Part shown: positions 37,821-51,064 of the stretch, piece by piece
Position numbering within the stretch: the first letter of the stretch is position 1
How the letters are laid out: every line of letters starts with the position of its first letter
Assembly: GCA_976551045.1 (NCBI GenBank)
Contig: CDPCPM010000106.1
Coordinates: forward strand, 23,374,001-23,438,000
Direction of reading: 5' to 3'
Length of the DNA: 64,000 nucleotides
Source of the DNA: Glaucostegus cemiculus
Taxonomy: Eukaryota
Program-made: the position numbers and the translations under genes
Notes under the pieces: generated by a model
Seen by the model: only the letters and a program-made list of their open reading frames with translations
What the model was told of the DNA's origin: nothing
Database searches by the model: none

Positions 37821-39290
37821 CCAGGCATACACGGCCAATCTTTATTCTTAGTATCTCCAGATGTCTGCTTTTCAAACTGTTCTTGTAGGTGAGTTTTATG
37901 TGTCAATGGTTTCATTCATCCAGACTTGAACTAAATATGAAGGGTGTCCAAAGAATGAGCAGAGAACTGTAAGCAGTTAATTTCAGGCATTGGCTTTATT
38001 ACGTGTTCAAACATAATCAATTTTGTTTTGAGAAGGTGGCAGAGTAAGACAATGAGACTTTGACTTAGAGTTTAACTGTAAAACATGTTGGTTTAGCAGT
38101 AAAGCAAAATGTAGATAATGCCAGTAATACATTTTTAAAGCGGTGGTTAAACTTTACAATTGCCCTGAGTAACTGGAATAATTAATGGTTTATATACATT
38201 GTCTAAAATTAAAACATAAACATTTTTCTTTTTCTACATCACTTTCATTTTATGACCATAACAAATGTAAGGTATTCTTGTCTTTCGGAAAAAGGTTAAG
38301 GATGGATTTGAAGAGAAAACTTGTATAGTGCTTTTTCAAGTGTGACCAAGACAGCAGATTTAGATACTTGCTTGTTGACTATCAGTAAAAACACAAAAAT
38401 GTTGATGTTTGACTTAAATGAATTGGTCACTTGCTCAGCTACCTGTCTTAAACAAATTAAACTTAAAAATTATATGAAGGTAAGTGAGAGAATGATTTTT
38501 CTGAGTAAAGTTGGTTTTAAGCATTTTATCAACCCTGATCTAATTGAATGGTGGAACAGGCTTGAACACCCAAGGTGTGTACTCCTGCTTCTAATTCATA
38601 TCTTCTGATTCACATCTGATACAGATTTTGAGGAAGTTCTTAAAATCCCTATCATGAATATTGTCTTCAGTAATCTTCCTTAATGCTTCACCTCAGTCCT
38701 ATTTCCTCTTTCCCTTTGGTCCTCTTGAAATGTTTTGATATATAATCTTAAATTATATTTGTACTTCTTAGAAACAAAATGATTCATCCTAACCTTAGCT
38801 GACTTGGTGTTTGGGAAGGGATCTGGGAGAAAGGTTGAACAATACCACTGAAGTATGGAAGGGATGAGCTGGGATAAACAGGATTTTTGGGAAAGACAAA
38901 GGAACATGTCAACAAGCATCAGGTCTTTGAAATTAACGTGTTGGGAGAGGAGGAGGCAGAGAAGGTTAATAAAGGCAGAGCAACTGGTGAATGGCAAAAT
39001 GTGGACCTGAAAGAGCTGAAGTAATGAGTGAAGATCTAGACACCTGGCAAGAAAATGCTGCAGAACTTGTGCCTGGAAATGTCAAAGTGGTAATGAGGTG
39101 AGGTCACTGTCTTAGTATTGGACAGGGTGAGTGCTTTGAAACGTAAATCACTATCCTACCAGTTTGCGTGAATCACCAGGGAAGGCAGTTAGTTGCTATA
39201 ATTCTTTGATTTCATGCTTATTACATTTGGTTGCTCTCTTCTGATGCGAAATAACTTCACTCACTCTAGTTTCTATTTTGCTTTCTGTAG

Positions 39291-39432
39291 GTGAGGCTGT
39301 GCACTTGGCCAGGGATTTTGGGTATGTTTGTGAGACTGAGTTCCCCGCGAAGGCAGCGGCAGAATTCTTGACCCGACAACATTCAGACCCAGCTGAGCTC
39401 CATGCCCGAAAAAATATGCTTCTTGCTACCAA
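39291..39432 (+). CDS. TFAP2E: AP-2 transcription factor, coding exon equivalent to exon 6 (helix-span-helix); not in the ORF track
   Basis: Hand translation gives (G)[46 protein letters not shown](K); acceptor ttttgctttctgtag ends 39290, donor gtgagt at 39433; 142 nt. AKAAAE and DPxELHxRK resemble the epsilon paralogue. Confidence 0.95.
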
Positions 39433-40589
39433 GTGAGTACCAGACATCAATCGTCATATTTCTTCATTCAAGCAGAATGTATAGTCTACCTAAACTGGAC
39501 TCCAGCTGTCTAGAAAGAACCATTTTGAACATGAATATCGTATATAATTGTAAAAATTCAGCAAGGATAATTCAACATAAGGAATAGGTGCTTGAGTAGT
39601 CTGTTCACTTATCCAAGCTTGCCTTGCCATTCAACAAATTAAAAGCTTATCTCCTATAATCCATTCTTCCAGTCTATTTCTTGATTCCCTTCAAAATTTC
39701 ACATCCTCTGGACATCTAAAGATGACTTCTGCCAAAGCAAATTTATAGAAAAGCAAAGAATTTCAAAGCATGTTCTTGCACTGTTGGTTAACTGCATCTT
39801 GTTAAATATTATATTCAGGATGTGCAACATTACTTAAGTCAGAATTGTATCCAAGAGTTCTGCAGTCAGAAAGGTTACTCTGGTAACTTATGGTTTTTAT
39901 GTTTGTTAATAATAATCTTGTGGAATCTGCTAGTATGTTTACAATGCAGTGTACTGCTCTAAACATTGAAGAGCTTTGTTTTTAGTTCTCTTATTCTAGT
40001 ACATTAAGGAGGCATTCAAAGCGAACACAGTGCTGGTAAGGTTATGCAGCATTCTGGAAATAGACAAAATATAGTTTCTTTGGAACACAATAATTTGTAA
40101 TGTTCCAAAATTCAAATGTGAAAAGCTCTCTTTGAAGGGCCTAAGTAACAGTTATATAAACACATAACACAGAGCTAAAATATGCGACTTGAAAGAAGTC
40201 AACACTCTCTTCCATAATCTCTTGATTTTATGAAATGAAAAAGGATTAGAAAAGAATATGTGGACATTTCTTCTTGATTAGAATTAATATTGCCACCAAA
40301 TAATATTTAGATTGGAATGCAGGAAATCTAAGTTATCTTACTTTTGTGGAATGCAACATTCTGTGTTTTTTTTTAATTTTAAGTTCCCTGTGCTTTTGAT
40401 GTACTAATGCTCAAAGAACTGTGGATCTAGGCAATGCTGAGGTGTCCAGTAGTGTGCAATACTTGCCTGCCATCCACAGGCCACAGCACTCATGAAGCCC
40501 ACCTCAGCATTGCCTTGAATGGGACCTACCTTATCCAGCCTATGCAGCTTTCCTTAGGCCCCACCACTGACTACATACATAATTGTTTA

Positions 40590-41000
40590 TAGGAACCATA
40601 TTGCCTGATTACTCGAAATGAGAGAAATTTCCACTCCTTCCAATGTTCATCTGGGCTTGTGGCCATTGGCAGTGAATCACTGACTTCCTAGCTGTGGTCA
40701 TGTTACCTTCATTTTGTGCCACTCCGCAGTACTGGCTGCATTTGAACCTCCATGGCAAACCAAAGTTTGGATGTTGGGTGACAAGGCACTTATGCTGATG
40801 TCTTCGCTGATGAGGCTTGTACTTGTACATGCAGGCAACTTGCGTGTGATGAAAACCATAATGCCAGGCCAAATGTGATAGAGCAGACCACAGGCACTTC
40901 TGTTGTGTGGGATCTCTGAAGGATCTCTGCAGCACTCAGTGGGGTGGGTGGCATGGCTTGAGCTGTCAGTTTTATGCGACACAATCTCATAAAGTGGCCA
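40590..41000 (+). mobile_element. PIF/Harbinger transposase relic (DDE_Tnp_4-like)
   Basis: Ordered decayed motifs: FHS.NVHL.C, PSCGHVTFILCHS (cf. YPGSxHDxFIL), WMLGDK (cf. WLLGDxGY), ENHNARPNVIEQTTG (cf. YNxxHxxTRxxIExTIG). Confidence 0.75.
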
Positions 41001-41574
41001 CCTGCAAAAATAAAAGCTGCTACAAAATAAACCAAATTGATAAATTAAGGCGTGCCATATTTGTGCAAAAATCAATCACCTCTCAGCATTGTCTTTGTGC
41101 CTGCATTTCAAGTGTCTTTCCCTGTTGTAGCGCTCATAAACAGCGTGACATGAGCTTCATTGTGGCTGATGGAAGGAGCAAACAGTTCTGGGCCTTGAAA
41201 GTCTGTCTTGACTTGGGCTGCAGCAGTGTGGGCAAGTTGACTGTCAGCCATCCCAAGGGGCGAAGACACCAGTATATGGGTTGGCTAAGAATTAAACAGT
41301 GACTTCCTGAAAGAAGATAATAGGTTGGGACTCTATGGAGCCACTGCCTTTGCCCTGTGGTGATTCTTAGTAATTCTAGCGCTCTGTTGGAGGACAGTTT
41401 GCTGGACTACTGTGACACTCCACAACCCCTCTGCATACTCTAGTCCACAACCATGATGGCAGCAGTTTCAGCTTCCACTATTGCACTCAGCCATTGAGTT
41501 CCTTGTGCTGTCAGTGAAGTTGTGACTATCGGATGTTCCCTCAGGATTGGGTCCATAGTGTGTGCAGATGGAGC

Positions 41575-41790
41575 TGGTAATTGGTTTATTATTGTCACAT
41601 GTGCTGAGATACAGTGAAAAGCTTTGGCTTGCAAGCTATCCAGACAGATCATTCCATACATAAGTACATTGAGGTAGTACAAAAGGGAAAATAATAACAG
41701 AGTACAGAATCTAGTGTTTCAGTTGCTGAGAAAATGCAGTGCAGGTAGACAAATAAAGTGGAAGGACCATGATGAATAGTTTGAGAGATC
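41575..41790 (-). mobile_element. Short Rex1-tail-type repeat
   Basis: tttattattgtcacatgtgctgagatacagtgaaaagct...; same family as 4697-4855 and 42007-42143. Confidence 0.75.
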
Positions 41791-41994
41791 AAGAGTTCAC
41801 CTTCAACATACTGGAACAACTACTCCAAAGTGCTGGCCAACATACTAGAAAGGACAGCCTCCAAGTCCCATGTCACATGCAAATCCTGACCTTATGCAAT
41901 CTGAATGGCAATCAGTGTTAGTGTTTGAAATCATGGCCATGAGTGTAAAATGATGCGATGGCATCTGTTTTTGTCTCTTCTTCCTACATTATCA

Positions 41995-42143
41995 TACCAG
42001 ATTGCAGTTCTGTATTCTGTTACTTTTTTTCCCTTTTGTACTATCGCAATGTACTTATGTATGGAATGATCTGTCTGGTTGGCATGCTAGCCAAAGCTTT
42101 CCACTCTATCTCAGCACATGTGACAATAATAAAACAATTACCA
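41995..42143 (+). mobile_element. Short Rex1-tail-type repeat, inverted relative to 41575-41710
   Basis: Ends cacatgtgacaataataaaacaattacca; about 90% identical by hand to the reverse complement of 41575-41710. Confidence 0.8.
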
Positions 42144-43549
42144 AATGAAAACTGTGTGGGAAAGGCTGAGGGGGTTGGGTAGGTGGGTGGGAGGGGGAGG
42201 TTGCGGGAGGAGAGGGAATCGGAGATGTTTGGGAGGGGTTGGGGGGAGAAGAGGAGCTGCTTAAATTGTCTGCAGATCTTTAATCAGAAGACTCTTCGGG
42301 ATAAATGGAAAGTGGGTTTTGAGCAGAAGAATTCAGGATGAAGATAGAGTTATCGTGGATGGTCCTTGACACTCATTAGGTCAGGACCACAACATTGACT
42401 GTTCTGATGTTGGCCAACACTGTCCCTTCCTGTGGGGATTAGGACGCATGACTGACTTCCCTTCTCCAGTTTCCTCCTCCTCTCTCCTTGTCCAGAGAGA
42501 AAGAGGGATGTAACAGTGACTGTTGTCCAATATGTTTGTGTGAAGTGGCTGCAGCAGTTAACTAGCAGGGTATGAGGCTTACAGCAGGTTCAAGTGTGTG
42601 ACAGTGAAGGGGAGCATTTTAATGCTGGATAGGGAGAGCTGGTAGGTGAGTGAGGGGAGGAGATGGTAAATTGATGAGGCTGAGGACAGTGCTGTGGTTA
42701 AGATGAATTGCTGTCACAGTTTAGTTGGGATAGTCCTGACTTGCAAGTCCCCACTCTGGGTGGAATGAATTCGGGGTCGGAGATAAAGGCTGGCATTTGT
42801 CCAACAATCGTCAAAGCTCTGAAAGACTCCAATGGTTTCCCAGCTGTGCTGGCAGAGATCCAGGCAGTTGGGCCAGAGATAGCGTCAGAGAGCCAGGGGC
42901 AGTGGTGGTAAGAATGATGGGCTGGAGGCAGCTGTGGAGGGCTCGTTCAGTGTAATATTTTAGGAGTGAATGAATTGCATTTACTGGGAATATCCCTCCA
43001 TTCTAATCCTAGTCATGGAATGCCATAATTGGAGTGAAACTCCATCCTTGGAGTTTCTCCATCTATTATTAATTATACCTTTCACAAGGTTGAGTGCGGT
43101 TCTGCAGGAAAGGACAGAGACCATAGCATGAAAATGGAGGCAGCAACAATGGAAAAGAGGCCACAGGATCCATCCTGGCTCAGTCTGAGCTGGCCTGGCC
43201 CTTTGACCGAGTGTCCTGTCTGCTTTGCTCTGCCCTGCAATGCCAGGCTGCTCACAACACATGCAGCAACTTTCCTGCCTGACCTGCAAGGACCTGCGCA
43301 CTGTTCATCAGCTTCAGGAACCTGGCCACACACCCACCCCACCAGCTGTAAAACGACATTGATGTGGAGTTTGTGAATTTTAATTTGCAAAAGTACATTT
43401 GTAATTACTAGAACAAGCTCAATCCCACACAGTGAAGCCCATACCCTCACAGGGCTTTAATCGGTGCAGGCTGGCTTTATGTGGAGGCAGCCACTCACAC
43501 TATAGTTCCCTCTTGAAACACTAAAGGATGTTACAAACCTTCTAACAAT

Positions 43550-45375
43550 AACTTCCATATCCATTGTGCTTTTAACATAGTGAAATCTCCCAAGGCATTT
43601 CATCAGAACATGGGTAACCAAAAATTTAACTCAACCACATGTGGAGATATTAGAGTTGATACTAAAGGTTTGGTGTAAGAACTAAGTTTCAGTAATGTTA
43701 TAAGAGGAGGGAAAACTGGTGGAAAGGCAGACAGGTTTAGGGAAGGAATTCCAGATCTTAAGGCTTGGAAGCTGTAACTATGGCCAGCAACAATATAGCA
43801 ATTACACTTGTGAATAACCAAGAGGCAGAAACTAGAGAAAGCTTATAGGACTTGGGAAATTACAGAGACAGAGACAGGAGATTTGAAAACAGCCAAACAA
43901 ATTGTAAAAGTGTGGTGTTGCTTAATTGGGAGCTGGTGTGGGTTAGAAAATACAGGGTGATATTTGAATCAGACTTGGTAGGTGTTAAGATATGAACAGA
44001 GTCTGTGAGATTCAGAAAATGTGCTCTAAAGGTAACCAGGGGGTCAAGTACGATGCCAAGATTGCGCAGAGTTTGGTTCAGATTCAGAAAGTTATTAGGA
44101 AAGATGAAGTGATTGGTTTGGGAATGGGCATGTGATGGTTTCAGGCCTCAGTATTTGATCAGAGGAAGTTTTGTTCATCGATTTGGAATTGGCTTGCCCA
44201 CAGAAGGCAGATGGTGATAGTAGATGGAGAGTTTTCTGCCTGGAGGTCAGTGACCAGTGGTGTTCTGCAGGGATCTGTACTGGGACCCCTGCTCTTTGTG
44301 ATTTTTATAAATGACTTGGATGAAAAAGTGGAAGGGTGGGCTAGTAAGTTTGCAGATGACTCGATGGTTGGTTGTTTTGTGGATAGTGTAGAAGGTTGTC
44401 GTAAGGTACAACAGGATATAGACAGGATGCAGAGCTGGGCTGAGAAGTGGCAGATGGAGTTCAATCTGGAAACGTATGAAGTGATACACTTTGGAAGATC
44501 GAACTTGAAGGTGGAGTACAAGGTTAACGGTGGGATTCTTAGCAGAAGAACAGAGGGATCTTTGGGTCCAAGTTGAGATCCCTGAAAGTTGCTGTGCAAT
44601 TTGATAGGGTGGTTAAGAAGGCGTGTGACGTGCTGGCCTTCATTAGTTGGGGCACTGAGTTCAAGAGCCGTGAGATAATGTTGCAGCTCTATAGAACTCT
44701 GGTTAGGTCACACTTAGAGGCTTATGTTCAGTTCTGGTCACTTCAGGAAGGATGTGGAAAATTTAGAGAGGGTCCAGAGGAGATTTACTAGGATGATGCC
44801 TGGATTGGAGAACATGTCTTCTGGGGAAGGGCTGAGCAAGTTAGGGCTTTTCTTTTTGGAGTGACGCAGGATGAGAGGTGACAACAGAGGTGTATAAGAT
44901 TATGAGAGGCATAGATCGAGTGGACATCCTGCATCTTTTCCCCAGGGTGGCAATGGCCAATACCAAGGGATGTCAGTTTAAGGTCAGAGGAGGAAAGTTT
45001 AGGGGAGATGTAGGTTTTTTTACATAGAGAGTGGTAGATGCCTGGAATGCACTGCTGAGGGTGATGGTAGAGACTGATACAATAGAGACATTTAAAAGAC
45101 GTTTAGATCAGGACATGGATGTAAGAAAAATAGAGGGTTATGGGCTGTGTAGGAGGAAGTGGTTAGATTGATCAGAGAGTAGGTTTATATAGGTCAGCAC
45201 AACATTGTGGACCAAAGGGCCCATACTGTTCTATGTTCTCTATGTTCTATTGAGCATGTATGATAGGCAATTTAGAGACAATGGAGGGGTTCCAGTAGTG
45301 GTGAGGCAGATGTCATCAATACTCATGTGGAAATTGATTCTGTGCTTCCGGAAGATGTTGCTGAGGGGCAGCACT
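43550..45375 (-). mobile_element. Old L2 LINE split by a CR1 insertion
   Basis: Minus-strand LPLSNIFRKHRINFHMSIDDI at about 45310-45375 (cf. L2 LPLGxIIRKHxIxFHxYADD); 3' part at 43550-44180. Confidence 0.7.
44180..45250 (+). mobile_element. CR1 LINE, RT domain to 3' end, frameshifted
   Basis: ORF 44211-44576: SGVLQGSVLGPLLFVIFINDLD..SKFADDS..WAEKWQMEFN; next ORF LQLYRTLVRSHLE..VQFWS; terminal (ctatgtt)n repeats. Confidence 0.95.
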
Positions 45376-47714
45376 TAATACAGTGTTAAATGTTGCCAGC
45401 ATTACACTAAATGAGCAAAGGTAGATTACACATCTTGAATTCCCTTGTGGATTTTCAGGGGCTATTGCATTTAGCCCCTGGTGTCTTTTTATTTGCCTAC
45501 AGGATTGGCTCTAGGTTAGTGATGTTTTGTCCTGGTGATACGTCAGTGCTGTATCTGATGTGCGTGTGTTTATGGGGGAATAACTGGCAAATTTCCCTGT
45601 CTGGTGTTAATTAATAGGTCATGATGTAATGTTTTTCGAGTATTGCCATCAGGGTATATTTTGTTTAAACTGGAATTTGCACACCTGCCAACAACCTTGA
45701 ACCCACAGGGCTTAGAACTGTGATATCATTAAATTTTCTTGGAAGAATAACCTTTGTAATATTTCATACAGTTGGTGTTGCATTGAATCCCTGTTACTGT
45801 CACCATCAATTTGACAGCTCTGCTAGTAAGAGGCACTAGGCAAGAAATGACAGTATTTGGGTTTCACTGGAGTGTGATGTTTTCCCCTGTGAAGCTTTCT
45901 AGGTTGTTTAACACAACCAATGAAAAGGAAGTTGCCACTCCAGGCAATGGTGAGTACTGCAATTTTGCCTGGGGATCCATTACTGGTTTCGATGGAGCCA
46001 AGAGCATTTAGGCTCTATCTGACATGTTTTCTATCCATGTGATTGAGTTGGATTTAGAAAGACTGACTGGAAGTGGGAATCAAGAATGATTTCCTGAGTG
46101 ACATTTTCAGATAAGTGAATGACGAATCTACTGAAAACTATAAAGATGTCAGAAAGAAAAATAAAAACAAATGAGACTAGTGGAAGCTGCAAGAAATTCA
46201 TCCCCAGTCAGTATTGCTAAATGTTCTGTATAATCTGGTTTCTGCATTGTACTCTGTCCCTGAAACTCATTCCCTTTATTTCAACTTAGAAGGTAGAGTA
46301 CAATGCACTGACATGACTTCCTGGGCAGCTTTCCCCACCTGTATGGAAATCCCTGTGTGGTACTTCATTGTAACTTGATTAATTTCTGAAGCTCTTGCAG
46401 TGGGGGGATCATGATGGAACCCTCCCCCCTTCAACCCAGAGCACAATGTTCTGGATGACCAAAACACTCTCCACTACCTGGCATATAGTAAAACAACACT
46501 TAAACTAATCTGGATTAAGCAATATGGAGTATGCAGTGATTTAGAATTTATGAAAACAACCAGATTTAAATAGTAAGTCAGAAGATTCTAATCAAATATA
46601 GTAAAATACAAACCTCTCAGAGCATGAAGCAACTATTCTTTACACCATCATTTGTTAACTTGTTTAGGCTACAGGGCTAAAAATTTCTGGTATTTTAAAA
46701 ACCTTTTTTAAAATTGTGTATGTCCCAATGTTATACTCAAGGTTAGCTATAAAATTGTCTTTTGTGCTTTAGAGTTCCAGATTTAATTCAGGGACTTCAG
46801 CCTCTGTCAAATATCAGGGCTTTGCTGCTAATATTTTCCCCCAAGCTCTCACTCTATTAGTCAAACAGAGTTAACCAGCTACATCTGTGTCTGCGATTCC
46901 CATGATGCTATAATCCTAGCACAGTGTGAAGAATTTCCTAACATTAATATGATTTTCTTACTGCAAGTGGAAGTGTGCCTTTCCTCATCCTGCAATTGGT
47001 TTTCTTTGTTTATTTGAATATTGAGGGAAAAGAAGCTGGAGAATGAATTTTAACAGCTTCATTTTTAATTCAGAGTGTGAAATGTAGTGAATGCACCACC
47101 TGAGCTTCATTTGGTTTCTGCTAAGAAATCATGAATCATCATTGTTCAAAGAAATATTTATTTTGGCAGTGCAAATATTAAATGGCATAATTTCTCAGAC
47201 TATATTCTTAAATACTTTTGAAAAAAAATTAAGAAACTTTGTTTTGAGCTTTGTATCAAAATTATATTCAGCCTTTTGTTCTGATTTAAAGAGAGAGCGA
47301 CAGAGAGATATAAAGGGTGGTGATTTATAGATCCTACACTTCAGTTTTGTATTCTGAATTGCTGACCAAACACTAATTAACTCACTGACTGGCCTAAGGC
47401 TTTGTTTACTTAACAATTAAACCTTGTATACTTAAAGTCTATTTGCAGATTGTATATTGGTTGTTTCAGTTCTCCTGCTGCACCAAGGTATGCAAATTAA
47501 GAATAAGAAGCGGACGATGTACTTCCTGCTGAGTTATCAGATTCTGATAATCTGGACTTTGCCAGAGTTGAAGCCACAAGTTTATAAGTAGTGGCTGTTA
47601 CACTGGAGAACTTCTTCCAGTACTAAGCTTCCAAATGACTCCAGTGCATGCCTATTGACGTCCCTCTCAATATGAATAGAGGCCTTAAGGAAATGGGCTG
47701 TAGTCAAGAAGCAA

Positions 47715-47892
47715 AACAAAAACTGCTGATGCCGGAAATTTAAAGTGAAAATAGAGAATGCTGGAAATACGCAGCAGGTCAGTTGGTAACTGTGGAGAGA
47801 AACATTTCAGGTTGATAACTTTCCATCAGAAAACTCATTGACTTGATGCTGCCAGACCTGCTGTATATTTCCAGCTTCCTGTCTTTATTTTT
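47715..47892. mobile_element. Penelope-derived element with inverted arms
   Basis: gctggaaatacgcagcaggtc (47760-47780) pairs with gacctgctgtatatttccagc (47855-47875). Confidence 0.7.
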
Positions 47893-49254
47893 GATTTATG
47901 GGCAGATTTGCCTTTGCAGATGAGTATTGCTTTGGAGCTCATATTACCCATGACCCTCATGTGAGGTCAATGAGCAAATATGCATTGTTGTAAATCATAA
48001 ATCATTAATATCTCGTAGTATGTATTTTAGTCTGGTCTGTAGTCCTTACAGTCTGCTGCTGTGAAGTCAAACAGTGCAGCATCGCATGTCACTGCATGCT
48101 TTCAAATCTTCAATCCTTCCCACCTTCATCACTTCCTAATCAATGTCACTCCACATTTACTGTGCTTAGTGAGACCACAGCAGTGTCTTAAAATGTCAAA
48201 TCTGAAATAATTGTAGATTATATTTCAATTGTTTGGTGTTAAATGTCACATAGCCATTGAATCTTGTGATTCTTGTGAGGTTCATGATCCACGTTACTCT
48301 CGTGGTTTATGGTGACATCAGAACTTCTTAATTGAATCACTGCCTAGTAACTCACAGCCAGACGTTTGTATCTGCTATAGTACGTAGTCTATAATTATTT
48401 CACATTTTGTTTCCATATCCTATGGGTATTGTGAGCAGGGTAAAACTCATTTAGAGATGAGCTTGTTCAGATGATCCCTGCACTTTACAACAGGAGCACT
48501 GTTTCTGTTCTAATCCATCCTAAGCTTGCCCATATTTTATTCTGGCCATTTTCTTTCGGTTGTTTTGATTTGCTTCCCAAAATTTGTCATTATTTTTCCG
48601 TGTGACACAAGTGCACACAGTACCTTCGGGGCATCAAACTGGCAGCTGTTTCCAGGCTTAGGGCCTTGTTCAGCTGTCTGCTCGAACAGCCCAACCCATC
48701 CCCCTCTGATGTGTTCCCTTGATGAGCAGTAGCTACTATTGTTTGCTTGGTGCACCATCTAGACCCATGTCTAGTTTTGGGTACCCAGCCAGTGTTAGAC
48801 TTAGGCTTACTTGTCCAAATAGACTGATGCTGTAACACAAAGTGGAGGACTACAAGTTAAATTGTGATTTCCATTCTTGGAATGAAAGACTTCTCTTTTT
48901 TTTATTGTAAACAGAAACAAAGCAGTTGATAGAGCTGTCCATCCAGAGAAGGATCAGCTCCAGGGGAATTAATTTGAATGGAAAGACTTACTACAAGGTA
49001 CAACTAGGCAGTACTTGATTGCCAGGGCAGTAACTGCAAACATAGACAAATCTGATAATTTATGTAGCCTACAAGTGGATGCTTCTTATATTAATAACTT
49101 CTAACTGGGCACAAGATTGCAAGAAATATATCTGGAATTTTAGGAAGACATCGCAAAAAAGGGGGAAAATAAAATGGGACCTCATAAGACTGATGACTCA
49201 TTTCAATTTTCCCATATACCATTAAAAATCTAAAAGCAAAAGAACATCGAGGAG

Positions 49255-50150
49255 GCATAGAACAGTCATATAATCATAGAGTCATACAGCACAATAACAG
49301 GCATTTTGACCCACCATGTCAATGCCTACTATTAAGTACCTACCTACCCCACTTACCAGCACTTGGTCCATAGTCTACTATGCCTTGCAGATTCAAGTGC
49401 TTGTCCAGATGCCTTTTAAATGTTGTGACTCAAGTACCTTCCTTCACCATCTTCTCAGGCATTCTGTCCAGACTTCACTTACCCTCTGAGTGAAAGAAAT
49501 TCTCCCCCAGATCCCTGTAAGCTTTTTACTCTTCACGTTATACTTAAGTCCTCTGGTCTTAAACATCATGCTAAGGGGGAAAGGTTTCTTACTATGTACC
49601 TTATCTATGCATTTTGTATACCTCTATCAGGCTCTTCCTCAGCCTCCTCCACTCCAAGGAAAGTAAATCCATCCTATCCAATCTCTCCTCATAACCGAAA
49701 CATTTCATCCCAGGCAAAATCCTGGTGAATTTCCTCTCCACCCTCACTAGTGCAATCACATCCTTCCTAACAGTGTTGCAATCAGAACCACACACAAAAT
49801 TCCAGCTATGGCCTTACCAAGACCTCCCGCACTTGTATTCTGTGCCCCAGCTAATGAAGGCAAGCATCCTTAATGGCTTCTTCACTAACTTATCTACCTG
49901 TGCTGCCACCTTCAGGGATCTTTGGACTTGTACAACATCCCTTTGTTCCTCATCACTCCTTATGATGCCACCATACACAGTATATGTCCCACTTTATTAG
50001 ATCCCTTAAACATATCACCTCTCACTTATCCGGGATTAAATTCCATCTGCCATTTCTTAGCCAAATGACCAGCTCGGCCCAAATTACCAGATCGATTACT
50101 CTCCTCACTATCAACACCACCACCAATTTTCATGCCATCTGCAGTTTTAC
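49255..50150 (-). mobile_element. CR1 LINE 3' part
   Basis: ORF 49601-49795: KDVIALVRVERKFTRILPGMKCFGYEERLDRMDLLSLEWRRLRKSLIEVYKM; tail repeats tcataga. Confidence 0.92.
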
Positions 50151-51064
50151 ATGATTTTTCCTTATTTTTGTTACATTTTTATAAGCTTTTAAAAATGATT
50201 ATGAAAGTAATTACTTTGGCCTATGACTAAGGAGTCACTGAGTTGATGTATATTTTACAGCCATAGTCAATTGATGTGCTTTCTATAAACATGTGTTTCA
50301 GTGATAGTTAAAATTTCTGAGATCAACTCCCTTAAATAGCCTGATGTGTGAGAGATTGGAACTACTGGTCTAAACTATGGAAAAAAAAAAAGTTGTGTCC
50401 TAGGCCTTACAGGCGCTTCGCAGCCTGAATTTCCTGTGTCTCTTATTGATCTGATGACAGCTCTGAAGAACAGCAATCAAATAGTCTCCAATCCTTCAGA
50501 AAACCATAGACATAAGGAGAGGCCTAGATGGCTGTTGGCTGCTTGTGTGGTACCTGGTGGCGATCCAGAGAGCTGCTTCAAGGAATTCGTAGAAAATGAC
50601 AAGGGAAACAACATGCTACAGCTTTATCGACATCTACAAACAATTTTCTATGCTGGGAGCCATGACCTTCTCCAGGAAGTGGATGGAATGGCTAAAAGAC
50701 TGGAGACACAGTCATATAAGTTGATTTTTCCTGCTTAACACCCCAGGAATTGGCACACCATGGAAGTCTGAGAAGAGGAAAATTGGCCTCAATGGGTCCA
50801 TTGGTAAAAGGAGAAAAGCCCACTCTGGTGCTGATTTAATATTATTAGACAATGGATTCACTGGCTGTTGTTGATTGCGGTCCCTCAATGACGCTAGACA
50901 TTTCTCCTTCAATGCAAGTACTTTTCAAACTTGCATGTCATTCACAGTTCATTGTAACAATTTAAAGGGTGACATGCTTTCTACCATGAAAAGTGAAGTG
51001 AATAGAGCCATAGGATTTCTAAGAAGCCTACAATATTTAATGAATATAATAAACAAAATTGTGC

